Source of the DNA: Rhizodiscina lignyota
Lineage: Eukaryota
Assembly (NCBI GenBank): GCA_010015805.1
Contig: ML978123.1
Coordinates: forward strand, 62,001-126,000
Direction: 5' to 3'
DNA length: 64,000 bases
Of the stretch, positions 36,693 to 49,115 are shown piece after piece (within the stretch, counting starts at the first letter, position 1; each line of letters begins with the position of its first letter). The notes under the pieces were generated by a model, which was given only the letters and a program-made list of their open reading frames with translations, was not told the DNA's origin and ran no database searches. Both the position numbers and the translations under genes were made by a program.

Positions 36693-37595
36693 ATGGATCC
36701 AACTCTACCGCAATTCCACAATATCACGGTCAATGGCCTCAACATTTCCTACGTGGAGGCCGGATCGCCAGATCTGCCGACCATTCTCCTCTGGCATGGC
36801 TTTCCCTCCAGCCACAACCAATTTCGGGACTTTATCCCTCTCCTCAGCGATGAGTATCACCTCGTCGCTCCCTCTTACCCCGGATATGGCACCTCGGAGT
36901 CCCCGCCGAACTTCAAGTACACCTTCGCGTCGATCACGACCGTGATGGGTGCTTTCCTCCATGCCCTTCAGATCACCAGCTACGTTTCGTACATTTTCGA
37001 CTACGGTGCCCCTATTGCTCTTCGTCTGGCCCTTGAGAACGAACACGCCAACAAAGCCATCATCACTCAGAACGGTAATGCGTACATCGAGGGCTTCGGC
37101 CAGGAGTTCTGGGCGCCGATCTTCGCGACTTGGAACACCAGCGACTCGCCCGCTGCGCGTGAGGCCCTGAAGGATGCATACCTCAACCTCGACTTCACCC
37201 GTGCACAGTACACCACCGGCGTGCCTGAAGAGGACCTGAAGCTGATCAACCCGAATGCATACACGTACGACTTTTACACCAGCACGTTCGGAACGGCCGG
37301 GCAAGACCGCCAGCTCGACCTGCTGTATGACTACCGCACAAACGTCCCCTTGTACCCAGCCTTCCACGAGTACTTCCGTAAGACACAAATTCCGCTGCTC
37401 GCTGTTTGGGGTAAGGGTGATCCAGCCTTCATCCCACCCGGAGCAGAGGCGTTCAAGAAGGATCTCCCGAAGGCGCAGGTCTCGTTCGTTGATTCGGGTC
37501 ACTTTGCGCTAGAGACGCAGCGTGAGGAGATTGCGAAGCGTGTGAGAGCGTTCTTGAAAGAGATTGGTTACGTAGGAAAGGGAAAGGATTGCTGA
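36693..37595 (+). CDS. Alpha/beta hydrolase, epoxide-hydrolase-like
   Basis: LWHGFPSS, APSYPGYGTS, nucleophile YIFDYGAP, WGKGD, SGHFALE; intronless. An upstream in-frame ATG at 36609 is an alternative start. Confidence 0.9.
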   Translation: MDPTLPQFHNITVNGLNISYVEAGSPDLPTILLWHGFPSSHNQFRDFIPLLSDEYHLVAPSYPGYGTSESPPNFKYTFASITTVMGAFLHALQITSYVSYIFDYGAPIALRLALENEHANKAIITQNGNAYIEGFGQEFWAPIFATWNTSDSPAAREALKDAYLNLDFTRAQYTTGVPEEDLKLINPNAYTYDFYTSTFGTAGQDRQLDLLYDYRTNVPLYPAFHEYFRKTQIPLLAVWGKGDPAFIPPGAEAFKKDLPKAQVSFVDSGHFALETQREEIAKRVRAFLKEIGYVGKGKDC

Positions 37596-38779
37596 GTGGA
37601 TCGCATTGAAATATTGCGCCAGTGTAATGTGAATGCTGCCTCTGAGGACCTTGTATATAAAAATCGTGCGTGGGAATAGAATTAATTTGGAATGGAGCTG
37701 ACTGGTAGTAATACGTCTCATGCGTTCTTCAATCCATGGATAGTGACTCATGAAATACGGCATGCCTGAGAGATAAAGGCCTTGGTGACAGTAAGATATC
37801 TGACCCCGTAGAATGAATGTGAATGCGTCATGCGGGTAGGTACGACCGAGACGGCGAACTCTCCTTCACCGTCATCTTCCGGTCGCAAACATCATCAGCG
37901 TACTTTCCACTGCGAATGAACAATGACAAAGGAAGCTAAGAGAAGACATTTCTTGTTTCAAAAAAGCAATCAGAACTTTGCAAGACTTTGAAATCGTAAG
38001 TCACAAGCCCACGATGAGTCATGAGTGGAAAGGGGCATTCCCTTCATGTCAAAGCCTCCTCATCGATGAAGAGCAACATCGGCGCATTCCAAGAAAGCCG
38101 TTTGATCTTCATCCCATCTTACTACTCGGCCTGGGCCTTTTTACAGCCTCGGGCAGTTCGGCAGCTATTAAGTCGCGAGGTTCGGCTGCTCCATGGCTAC
38201 TCGGCGATTAGGCGTCTCATCACAAGGTGGCGACTCTCACCGCTCCACAGAATGGGAAATATTGTTCGCCTCGCGTACGGGTAATGGTAGGTGCTGTGGT
38301 TTATCAGTCAATCAGAATTTCATAGATTCAAATAGTGGGTACGAGAAGAGGAGACGCTCGTTGCCGACACCTAACTCCGTGCAATAGACAAATGCCTCCA
38401 ACACGAGCGAGCGGAGCCTGCTTCGACATATTAAATGTGGCAAATTCCGCTCCCGACTTGCAGAACATTCTTCGCCTCCGTTCTGGAAGTGCCGTTCGAT
38501 ACGTTTCGACGATTCCTTCGATCCTATTGGCCAATCACGTCCACACGCTACTCCGCCGCTTAAATCGGCACCACCGACCATCAATTCTACGTCACCAGAA
38601 GACTTTTCGGGGCGACCCGAATGGCGATGCATGCACAATGAGCTTGGTAATGGAGTGTGGCTCTAATCCATGCCACAAAATTCGATATGCACTGGCCGTA
38701 CACCTCCAGTTTCTGGATATATACGGAGACCATCCACTGGGACTTTCGCTGAACTCGCCACATCACAAGTATACCGAAA

Positions 38780-40514
38780 ATGGTTGAACCATCGTCTCCC
38801 ATTCCAGAGTCTGTAGAGTCGCCGATAGAGGACCTTGAGAAGAAGCGATCGTCTTCCTTGAGCGACTCCTCCTCACTAAGCAGGGCAGCTGCCTTACCGA
38901 CATCTACTGGCAACGACCTCGAGAAGATTGATACACGTCGTACCAGGCGAGAGTCAACCCTTGAACGCACCGCATCGACTGCACTCTCTACGATCCGGTC
39001 GCGCAGACCCTACGCTCCCTTCACACATCCGCTCGCACACGTCCCGACAGCAAAGGATGTCATTGTCGACTTTGATGGTCCTGACGACCCTTATCTTCCG
39101 TTGAATTGGCCATTTAAGAAGAAGATCATCACCACAGCTCTTTATGGCTTCACCACCATGGGTGCAACCTTTGCCTCGTCAGTGTATAGCCCTGGCATTA
39201 TCCAAATCTCACATGACTTCCATGTGGGTCAGGAAGTATCCACACTGGGCCTTTCTCTCTTCCTGATGGGTTTTGGGACGGGTCCCTTGCTCTGGGCTCC
39301 ACTGTCCGAAGTGTATGGTCGCAAACAGGCCGTGCTCATCCCGTACTTCCTTGCCGGTATTTTCTGTTTCGCAAGTGCAGTATCGAAGGACATCCAGACG
39401 TTGCTTATCACGAGATTCTTCGCTGGTTTCTTTGGCGCTGCACCGATCACCAATACTGGCGGAGTGTTGGGCGACCTCTTCTCTGCCAAGTCGCGTGGCG
39501 CCGCAATGGTCGGATATGCAATGGCAGTCGTCGGTGGTCCCACTCTTGGACCTCTCGTAGGAGGCGCAATAGTTACAAGTTATCTTCGGTGGAGATGGAC
39601 AGAATATGTAAGTACTCATACGGTGCTTATGTCAGACGGTGTAAGGTTAAGGTGCTGACGGTTCGCAGATCACGGGTATCTACTTCATGTTTATTCTCGT
39701 CATCGACATTATGCTTTTAGACGAGTGCTATCCTCCAAAGTTGCTTGTCTACAAGGCGCGTCGCCTGCGTCATGAGTCCGGCAATTGGGCGTTGCATGCG
39801 AAGCACGAGGAATGGGACGTTAGTCTCAAAGAGCTCGGGCAGAAATATCTCATCCGCCCATTCCAGATGCTTTTCACGCCGATTTGCTTCCTCGTCGCTC
39901 TGTATGCGTCGTTCGTTTACGGTATTTTGTACGCAAACCTTGCGTCTTTCCCGATCGAATTCCAGGAGGAACGTGGATGGAATCCAGTCGTGGGCGCGCT
40001 GCCTTTCCTCGCATTACTCCTTGGCATCCTGGGAGGCGCCGTAGCAAACCTGTTTAACCAGCAGTATTACATGAAGCGCTTCGTAGCGAACAACAATCGC
40101 GCCGTGCCGGAAGCGCGCCTCCCGCCAATGATGGGAGGGTCGATAATTTTCTCCGCCGGCCTCTTCATCTTTGGGTGGACATCCGACCCTTCGATCCACT
40201 GGATCGCACCATGCATCGGTGCTACTTTGATTGGCATCGGATTCTTTACCATTTTCCAGGCAGCACTGAATTATCTCATCGACACGTTCCAGAAGTACGC
40301 CGCGAGTGCTGTGGCCGCGAACACATTCCTTCGAAGTGTATTCGCTGCTGCATTTCCCCTGTTCATCACGCCCATGCTACACAATATGGGCATTGGCTGG
40401 GGCATATCGGTATTTGGATTCTTTTCTGTCGCGCTGATACCCATTCCTTACCTGTTCTTCATTTATGGCAAGAGAATCCGCGCAAGAGGCTTCTGGTCGA
40501 GGGATTCGGTATAA
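38780..40514 (+). CDS. MFS drug:H+ antiporter, DHA1 family
   Basis: DFDGPDDPYLPLNWPFKKK, GPLLWAPLSEVYGRK, LRWRWTEY, PEARLPP, YLIDTFQKYAASAVAAN. Intron 39608-39668. Confidence 0.93.
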
Positions 40515-41329
40515 AGAGCCAGATTGAATTCCACATTACGACGAAACGACATTGCGGAGATTCCCCTTTGAAATTAGGATTCCAGTATATTTCTTATATC
40601 TTACATTTATATTTTGTGGATTGCTTAGAGCATGCTGCATATGAACGAGCAGTTCATTTTCAGACAGAGGTCTTCTTGAGACTGTACTATAGTTAATGAT
40701 GATTGGAACAACAGTTACTTACGTATGTCCAATACATTCACGGGATATTTTCAGCCTTCGTCCCGTATCGCCGAACTCCAGGGAATCACTGTTAGACCAA
40801 GCATTCACTTAAAGACCTCCCCGGTTGAGGAGATCAGTCTCGAGTTGGCTAAGCAGGGTCTAAATAAAATCTATACGTCGTAAATCCACTGCACTTTGTC
40901 CATGACCGTGAATCGCGTGAACTCCTTCTCTTTTCGATCGGCGCAGGGATCGGGTGTCCACGCAAGCTCATGACTCGTGCATCTGGGGCGGATGCACGAT
41001 GACGCACGCCACGAGATCGATTCCATTGTTCCTGCGGGACGGATCAGGTTCCAGCAGTTCAGCTCCTATGGCATGGATCTGGTTGCCCCTCAGCTCCAGT
41101 CGCGATTGCAATTGCGCGTGCCAATGGGGAGTTTGTCACGCCAGCTCCGGCCAAGAGCACTTGGCGCGATTGTTCAAGGCAGTTCTTAGAGCCATCAAGG
41201 AACGCTCTACGATATCTCCCCACCCCTAGAAGCCTGTCCCGCTTTCTTAACGTCAGCTCTGCAGCAGTTCTTAGACTGCATTCATCCTTTCATCTCTGTC
41301 GACTCGATTTCCTACGGGAGCCATAGACA

Positions 41330-44010
41330 ATGACGGACGGCAGCAGCGAGAGCAAACACCCTCACTTGGAGGCCGCAAAAGAGGATGTCAAGCACCCCTT
41401 CGCCAGCCTGCGCCAAAAGCTCAAGAATACGCACCTCGTCGATGTGGAGAAGAAATTTGTCAACACAAAGAACAAGTTAGGAAAGCTAAGCAACCTCGTC
41501 AACCGGAACCACCGCCATGACGAAGAGCACGAGAAGCGCACCGACGCGAAGCGCTCCAAGATCGCCGAGTCGCACCGCTTCGAGTCGTTTGCGCCAGAGC
41601 GTGACGGCAACCTGATCAAGTGGTACGTCGACGGACGAGACTACTTCCATGCCGTGTCTGTCGCGCTGGAGCGCGCGAAAGAGGTGATATACATAGCGGA
41701 CTGGTGGCTTAGTCCAGAGCTGTTTCTCAGGAGACCGCCGTACTTCAACCAGGAATGGAGGCTGGACCAGGTGCTGAAGAGGAGGGCGGCTGCGGGCGTC
41801 AAGATATACATCATTGTGTATAAGGAGGTCGAGGCGGCGATTACGTGCAACTCGAGGCATACGAAGAGGGCGCTGATGAACATGTTTTCTGATGACGACG
41901 AGGGAGCTGGGAATATTACGGTCATGAGGCATCCAGACCATAACGTCTTTGAGAACATGGGCGATATGACATTTTACTGGGCGCATCACGAGAAGTTTAT
42001 TGTCATCGATCACCAAATGGCATTCGTCGGCGGGCTCGACCTGTGCTTTGGTCGCTGGGACCAGAAACAGCATCCACTGTCTGATGTGCACCCGGGTGGA
42101 GTAATACACGAGATTTTCCCAGGCCAAGACTTCAATAACAATCGTGTGATGGATTTCCACTCTGTTGCAGACTGGAAGCAGAACCAACTCTCAAAGGCAG
42201 AGTACGGGCGCATGCCATGGCACGACATCTCAGTTGGTCTCATCGGACCGTGCGTATACGATATCGCAGAGCATTTCGTACTCCGCTGGAACTTCTGCAA
42301 AAGGGACAAGTACAAGAGAGATAAGCGATACGACTGGTTGACCCTTGAGGGCAGAGAAGGCGAAGATGAAGATCTTGTCGCTGTACAGAGACCGAAGTTT
42401 CCAGTTGGAGACTACATTCACCACCCTCTGAATCCGCTCAGTACAAAGAATCTTGATAACAGAGGCACCGTTCACGCGCAGGTTGTCAGGAGCAGTGCGG
42501 ACTGGAGCAGTGGGATTTTGACCGAGCATAGTATCATGAACGCGTATTGTGAACTTATCAGGAACGCACAGCATTACGTATATATCGAGAACCAGTTCTT
42601 CGGTAAGTTGCTTCGCGGAATCCTAGCATCCGACTGCTGACAGTGTAAAGTTACCGCAACTGGCGAGGAGCAAGCACCCATACACAACGTCATTGGTCGT
42701 GCTATAGTCGATGCATGCGTCCGAGCGAGTAAGGAGGGCCGAAAGTTCCGCGTAATCATCATGATTCCTGCCATCCCAGGTTTTGCTGGAGACCTTCGTG
42801 AAGATGCCGCAATAGGCACGAGAGCCATCATGGATTATCAGTACAAATCTATCTGTCGAGGCGATCACAGCATCTATGGCCAGATAAAAGCACAAGGAGT
42901 CGATCCCAAAGAGCACATATTTGTGTTTAACCTTCGGAGCTTCGATCGCCTCAATTACACTAAAGATATGAAGGCTCAGGAAGAGAAGTCTGGAGTGACG
43001 TACCAACAGGTACAGCAAGCTCATGCAGAAGAAATCATGTCCTCTGGACTCCATGGAAAGGGTGTTGAATCCGATAGTTCGTCGTCTTCGAGCGACGACG
43101 ACAGTAGGGACGTGGCACGACAGCAAGCAGTCGATATGAAGAGAAGGTTTGAAGAGAGGCGTGAATCGGCGGCAGTCGAGGAGCAGGAGAACCTGAAGAG
43201 TGACGATAGTATTGCAAAAGACGCGATGTTGCACAATACGGAGGTTACAGATGAGAAGTGGGCAGAAGATGATGAAGCGGGAGAGGCTGCAAACTTCATC
43301 CAAGAAGAGCTATATATCCACGCAAAGCTCTGCATTATTGACGATACGCACGTCATTATTGGCAGCTCTAATATTAACGACAGGGTAAGCTGCGCACTTC
43401 CTCAAACGCAGAAGCACGACTGACCCTTTCGTAGTCTCAAATCGGGACACATGACTCGGAACTGTCCCTCGTGATGACAGATACGGATACTATTGACTCC
43501 ACCATGGACGGCCAACCCTTCAAAGCCGCGAAATTCGCTGCAACCCTTCGACGTACGCTCTGGCGCGAACATCTCGGTCTCTACCCGCCAGAAGATCTCG
43601 ACCCAGGCAACGAAGTCAACGCCCACCCGCCGGGTGACGGCGAGAACGACGCATATGAAGGCAAGGAGTACGAGTTCGTCGCTGACCCCATGTCCAACGA
43701 GCTCTGGGAAATGTGGACCAGCAGCGCAACCACAAACACCCAGATCTTCCGCAACGTCTTCCACGCCGACCCAGACGACAACATCCGCACATTCGAGGAC
43801 TACGCCAAGTTCACGCCTAACCCGAAGACGGACAAGGAGCACCGGCAGGGCCATGTGTACGACAAGTCGCTGAGCGCGACCGAAATCCGGAAGGAGCTGG
43901 CGAAGATAAAGGGACATATCGTGTGGATGCCGCTGGATTTCTTGTGCGATGCCGAGATGGCGGAGAAGGGTTTGCAGGTTAATCAGTTTACGGAGAGTGT
44001 TTATGCGTGA
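41330..44010 (+). CDS. Phospholipase D with two HKD motifs and no evident PX/PH domains
   Basis: WWLSPELFLRRP, HHEKFIVID, PWHD, YIENQFF, YIHAKLCIIDD..GSSNINDRS..DSE. Introns 42603-42650 and 43385-43434. Confidence 0.93.
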
Positions 44011-44294
44011 TTTTGCTGAGATTTTCTGGCTTTTTGCAGTCGCAGTACAATTCGTGGACCGAGGCGATTTTCATCTAATTACGACGGCGGTTGGCTGGCA
44101 TCGGCCGCGGACATCGAGCATAGGTATTGGATGCATCGCGCTCAAATCGACATGAGGAATCGGTGCTCGAGCTTTCAAATATGGTGGCCCTTTGGCCGTT
44201 TTCGCGCAATAGCTTGAGTTGTACTAAATTAACAACTCCTCTTCTTCCTATTAGGGCATTGGCGTTGTCCGTCAGTGCAATTCCTACGAATTCA

Positions 44295-45413
44295 TCAACG
44301 CTTCCTACTACTCTTTCTCGTCCCAACCGTAGGTTTTCCGCGCGCTTTCTTGCCCTGCGCGGAGCCCTTTCCAGCAGGAGACGAGCCAGTGCCTGCTGCA
44401 CTATCCTCCTCTTCATCTTCCTCCTCCTCTTCTTCCTCTTCCTCATCCTCTTCTTCAGCAACAGATGTGCTTTCAGCCCGTCCAGCACGCGTGCCTCTTC
44501 TCGGCCTTGCTGCAGCACCCTTGCCCTTTTGCGCGCTCTTCCCAACAGTACTACCCTCCTTTGTCTTGCTGATTTCCCGCTCCGGCACATCAAACGTCGA
44601 TGGCATCACCTTCTGATTCTCCCACCCGAAGAACGGCGGACTCTCACTCCGCCCACTCGTTGCGCCTTTCCTGCCCTTCCTCCCGTGCGCACTCCCAGAC
44701 GCACCAACACCCTCCCCAAATCGTCTTGCCCACATCATATCCACCAACGTATCATCCCCTTCTATCCTCAAGGAGAATTCCCTCCCCTCTCTTAGCACCC
44801 TCCTCTGCTCGCCCTCCTCTTCTCCTTCCGCATCCTCCATCTCCACATCCTCGTCCTTGTCCTTAAACCACACCTCGGGATCAAAATCGGGCCATGTGCG
44901 CGCGTCTTCGCGCTCATCTAGGGCCTCGAGATTATACAAGCTGCCGAGCTTGGCCCATATGCCTTTCACGCTGAGATGGGGGTATGCAGCGAGGGCGTGC
45001 GAGGCGCGATTGGGGTAGGAGGGTAGCGAGGTGGAGTCTAAGAGGTGCTGGGAGAGGCGCATCACGTGGAAGTGCTTGTTGATTCCTACTCGGTGGGGCA
45101 TATCAGATTCACAGGATGATTGTTTTACAGCGTGTCGCCATGGTAATTATCCGTCCTTCTGATGCTGCAGTGCTATCCCGCATAGAACGAGTGACGTACC
45201 AGTCGGTTTCCACTTTATGATCCCCTTCAGCAACTGTGTCTCCTGTTCGTCCGTCCACGGATCTTCCAGCGCGTCCTGCACGTGCTCATCGCCCGTCGCG
45301 ATTGCGGCTTTTCCATCGCTGGTTGCTTGGGAGGTTTCGACGGGTGTCTTGGGCTGTGTTTCGCGCAGTGGTGTCGAGGCTTCGCTTGCGCGGGCGCGTT
45401 TGCGGGGAGGCAT
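44295..45413 (-). CDS. EAF7: NuA4 subunit Eaf7 / CT20 family protein
   Basis: WTDEQETQLLKGIIKWKPTG|INKHFH, IWAKLGSLYNLEALDERED, acidic/basic tail. Intron 45086-45199. Confidence 0.85.
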
Positions 45414-45947
45414 AGTTGCAGGATTGCGGAGTGGGAAGTGATGAAGAAATTGAGAGCTAAACGTTGGTAGAGAGGGGTTTGGAACTTTGAGGTACACGGT
45501 GCGTCCTGCAGATAATAAAGTGGGGCCGCCGTGATGAGGAGCACAGGGGGTCTGCCATCCCGTCCTGTATGCCTTCATTTTATGGTTGTGTTGGCTCTTC
45601 TGCCAAATTGCTAAAAGATTTCCTTAATCAAAGGCTCTCGGGGGTATGTGCCGTGACACCCTGGCCATACAAATTAGATACATATACACGTGCCATAAAT
45701 GTCGTAAGGCAGACAGCATAAGAGTAGGATTCAGCCTCACCAGGCTGAAGTGTCCAGCCTTGCTATTTCCCTATAGCACTTAAGATATTCTACTCTTCCA
45801 TTTCTTCCAAGAATCATATCCTGTCCTTTCATTATTCATCATGCCTCCAGGGATGGGGCTCTGAAGTATTTCCAATGCCTCTCTCTAGTGCCTTGCAAAG
45901 GGTCGTTCGTGTAGACCTCCAGAAATCGCACAACCCGGATCCACATA

Positions 45948-48879
45948 ATGGCGGAAGCTATAGCATTCGCCGCCAGCATCGTCTCAATCATTCAGCTCGC
46001 GGGCACGCTAATAACGTTATGCCGAGCTATCATTCAGACAACTCGCGACGCGCCTAAGGACCTGAGAGTCATATTACTGGAAGCGTCTTCTGTAAGGTCA
46101 ACTCTAGATAATGTGCTCTTCCTCTACGGAAACGAGCAAATCGATGCCTCGGAACCACTCAGCGGGCTTCGTGAGCCTGTCAACGGTTGCCGGCGATGTC
46201 TCAACGAGCTGGTGGCCTTACTACCCAGCACTTCCAACACGACCAGCACTAGCGAGAATGGTCAGCCTTCGAAGCGGCAACGGATCGCAACTGCCCTAGC
46301 ATGGCCTCTAAAAGAGGCGCGAGCGCACAAGTTGCTGGATGAGTTGGCTCAGTACAAGGCGACGATAACCATGGTGTTGATTGGTGACGTTGCGTATGTA
46401 TTAGAATTCCAAATTGCTCGTATCTGTCTAACTTCTGTCACCTAGCCGAGATGTCAAGCAAATCAAGGCGGGTGTCAACACAATACAAGCAGCTATGAGC
46501 GATGCCCAGATTGAGCAGGTCCTGAAATGGCTCGAGCATACCAATCCTTCGTCGATCCACAATAGATCTTGTGCCCTTCAAGAACAACACACCTGCACTT
46601 GGATGCTTCGATCTCCAGAGTGGCGGCAGTGGTTGATGGGAACTCTAAATCAACGGCTCCTTTGGATTTCTGGGATTCCAGGCGCAGGAAAGACCATCCT
46701 TGCCTCGTTTCTGATACAGACCGCTAAAGAGCATACTATCGCTCGAGAGTCCGACCGAATTATCCACGTCTACTACTACTGCTACTTTGCCCATAATCAA
46801 GATGAAGGTATACCGTTGCTACGATGGGTCGTTAGCCAATTATGCCAACGAGCGAAGCGAATACCGGATGGGATCCGTGAAACTTGCGCTGATAATCACG
46901 CACCAACTGTCGCATGTCTACTTTCAGCATTATCAGACATTCTTAAAGACTTCGATGTTGTATATCTTTTTATCGATGCTGTTGATGAAAGTCAAGCTCC
47001 CCGCGATGAGATTCTCCGCATTCTCCGAAGTTTGGCAACAGAGCCATGCTACAACAACCTAAGGCTTCTTGCTACCAGTCGAGATTATCACGATATTGAG
47101 ACAAATCTGCTTGGCACTTCGACAAGGATATCGATGTCAAATTCTCTAGTCGAGGAGGATATCAGAACTTACGTTCACTCCGCTCTGCGATCGTCTCGAA
47201 AATTTTCACGTTTACCAGCCCCTCTCCTGACAGAAATTGAAGACGCGCTAGTGAAAGGCGCAAAGGGCATGTACGATACCTAAGTCCCGCATGATATAAC
47301 GTTTTCATTGACAATCAACAGGTTCCGGTGGGCTGTCTGCCAAATCGACATACTCGGGAGATTGTACGCTGAGAGCGACATTCGAGCTGCTCTCCGAAGC
47401 CTGCCTAGGACGTTAGACGAAACCTACGAGCGAATCTTCTCATTGATTCCTGACGAGCAAAGAGTGTTAGTGCGGCAAGTGCTCATTAACATTTGCGCCC
47501 ACAACGACTCGCGTGTCGACAGTGTCTATTCAGATGTGTTGGTTTCTGCTGCGATGTTTCAACTCTACCCTAAGATAAATGAAAATGAGAAGACATTCAT
47601 CGACTCGGATTCCTTAAAGGATATATGCGGATGCCTCGTTACCATCTCGCGTGACGAGGAGGGAGTTGAATTATACGGCGAAGGAACCTTTCCCGATCAT
47701 GCCAATGGAAACACTTTCGACTACGATGGAGACTTTTACGATCCTGGTCCTACCGTCTCGTTTGCACATTATACAGTCCGCGAATATCTGGAATCGGATC
47801 GTATTTCATGTAGCTGTATGGCATTCTTCTCACTATCTGAGGCTACCGCCATGCGCGAGTTCGCCCGGACGGCTTTCTCGAAGGTTTTGAATATCAAAGA
47901 TAAGCTTTCCGGACTTGGAAGTCTCGATGATCATTGGTGTTGCACTGCAGACCAAGTCCTGGCGAATGTTGGGTCTGGATCTACATTTATCGAGGACGAT
48001 AAGCTCCACCAACTCGTATTTGCTCTTCTAGATCCCTCTAAACCACATTTCAATGCCTTTGCAGGTTACATTCAAGATCACGAGCGCTACGACAGTAAAG
48101 ATAGCTTCTTCTGGGGCGGCGTGATGTTTGCCGGCGTGCACTGGGTCAATGTCCCGAGCAACCCTTTCATTGCCATCTTCGCCAATCTTATAGCATACGG
48201 AGAAGATGCGTGTGCCGAGAGACTTCTAAAACACGCTGATACTACCACCTTGCTTGATGAAAAGTTCGATGTCAGATGTCACCACAATGCTATGGACTTA
48301 TTCGATTACAAAATCTCTCAAGGCTATTTGCTCAATCTTCTGTTCGTTATAGCGATGTGCGTGGAAGATATTTTCGCTGATAGTCACTTCAGGGAGGATC
48401 ATTTACAGAAATTTACTTCTGAAACAATGCCATCCTCAGCCTTGATACATCATGTCGTATCAGGGCGATTCTTCAAATGGGAATGTTGCTGCGGTTGGGA
48501 ATACTTAACCAGACACAAATGCTGCTGTAAATGGTGGACAGCTCAGGGATGCTCGGAATGGGGCATATGGGCTGATCTTGATACGCCAGAATATGGGCAA
48601 ACGCCATTACAAGTCGCAGTCAGACAAGGGAATTGTCGTGCGGTGGAGGCGTTACTTTACCTTGAGGCCGATCCTAATGGAATAGGGACACCAGGAGGCA
48701 TTATGCTGGAATATATGGACAAGGAATGGAGCAATGCGAGCCCTTTGGACATCTGTCGGCATGCACCAATGAGTGAATTGGATAGGGATAATATTGAGAA
48801 GATGCTTCTTGATAGACTCTTTGAGATTGAGGAAGACCAGGAGAGTTCTCTCTTAGATTGTAGCACATCCGAGGGCTAG
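45948..48879 (+). CDS. Fungal NLR-like STAND protein: N-terminal helical (HeLo-like) domain, NACHT, degenerate ankyrin
   Basis: MAEAIAFAASIVSIIQL..DAPKDL..LAWPLKE N-domain, Walker A GIPGAGKT, Walker B FIDAVDE, LATSR, GMFRW, LPRTLDETYERI, FAHYTVREYL, ankyrin GQTPLQVAV..ADPN. Introns 46394-46445 and 47271-47321. Confidence 0.9.
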
Positions 48880-49115
48880 GGATAACATACGACGAAACGC
48901 CCGCACATTCCTTTCGGCTTCGCGGCAATGCAATACCTTGAGCACAATTAAGGGTATGAAGGCACACGGGTCCTGTTCGAGATGCACGCTTTTCTGTGGA
49001 TGAGGGATTCGCTTTCTATTCCGAGGCCAGTATCTAAAGGGTATTCCATACACAATCGCTTTTCAAAGCTATCATACATATATATACAGAACGATCCCAA
49101 GCTCGCGAATTATAT

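Noticed and set aside
36693..37595. Recent horizontal transfer of the intronless hydrolase or GH64
   Set aside because: Lack of introns and high GC3 also occur in native genes here; a phylogeny is needed and cannot be run.
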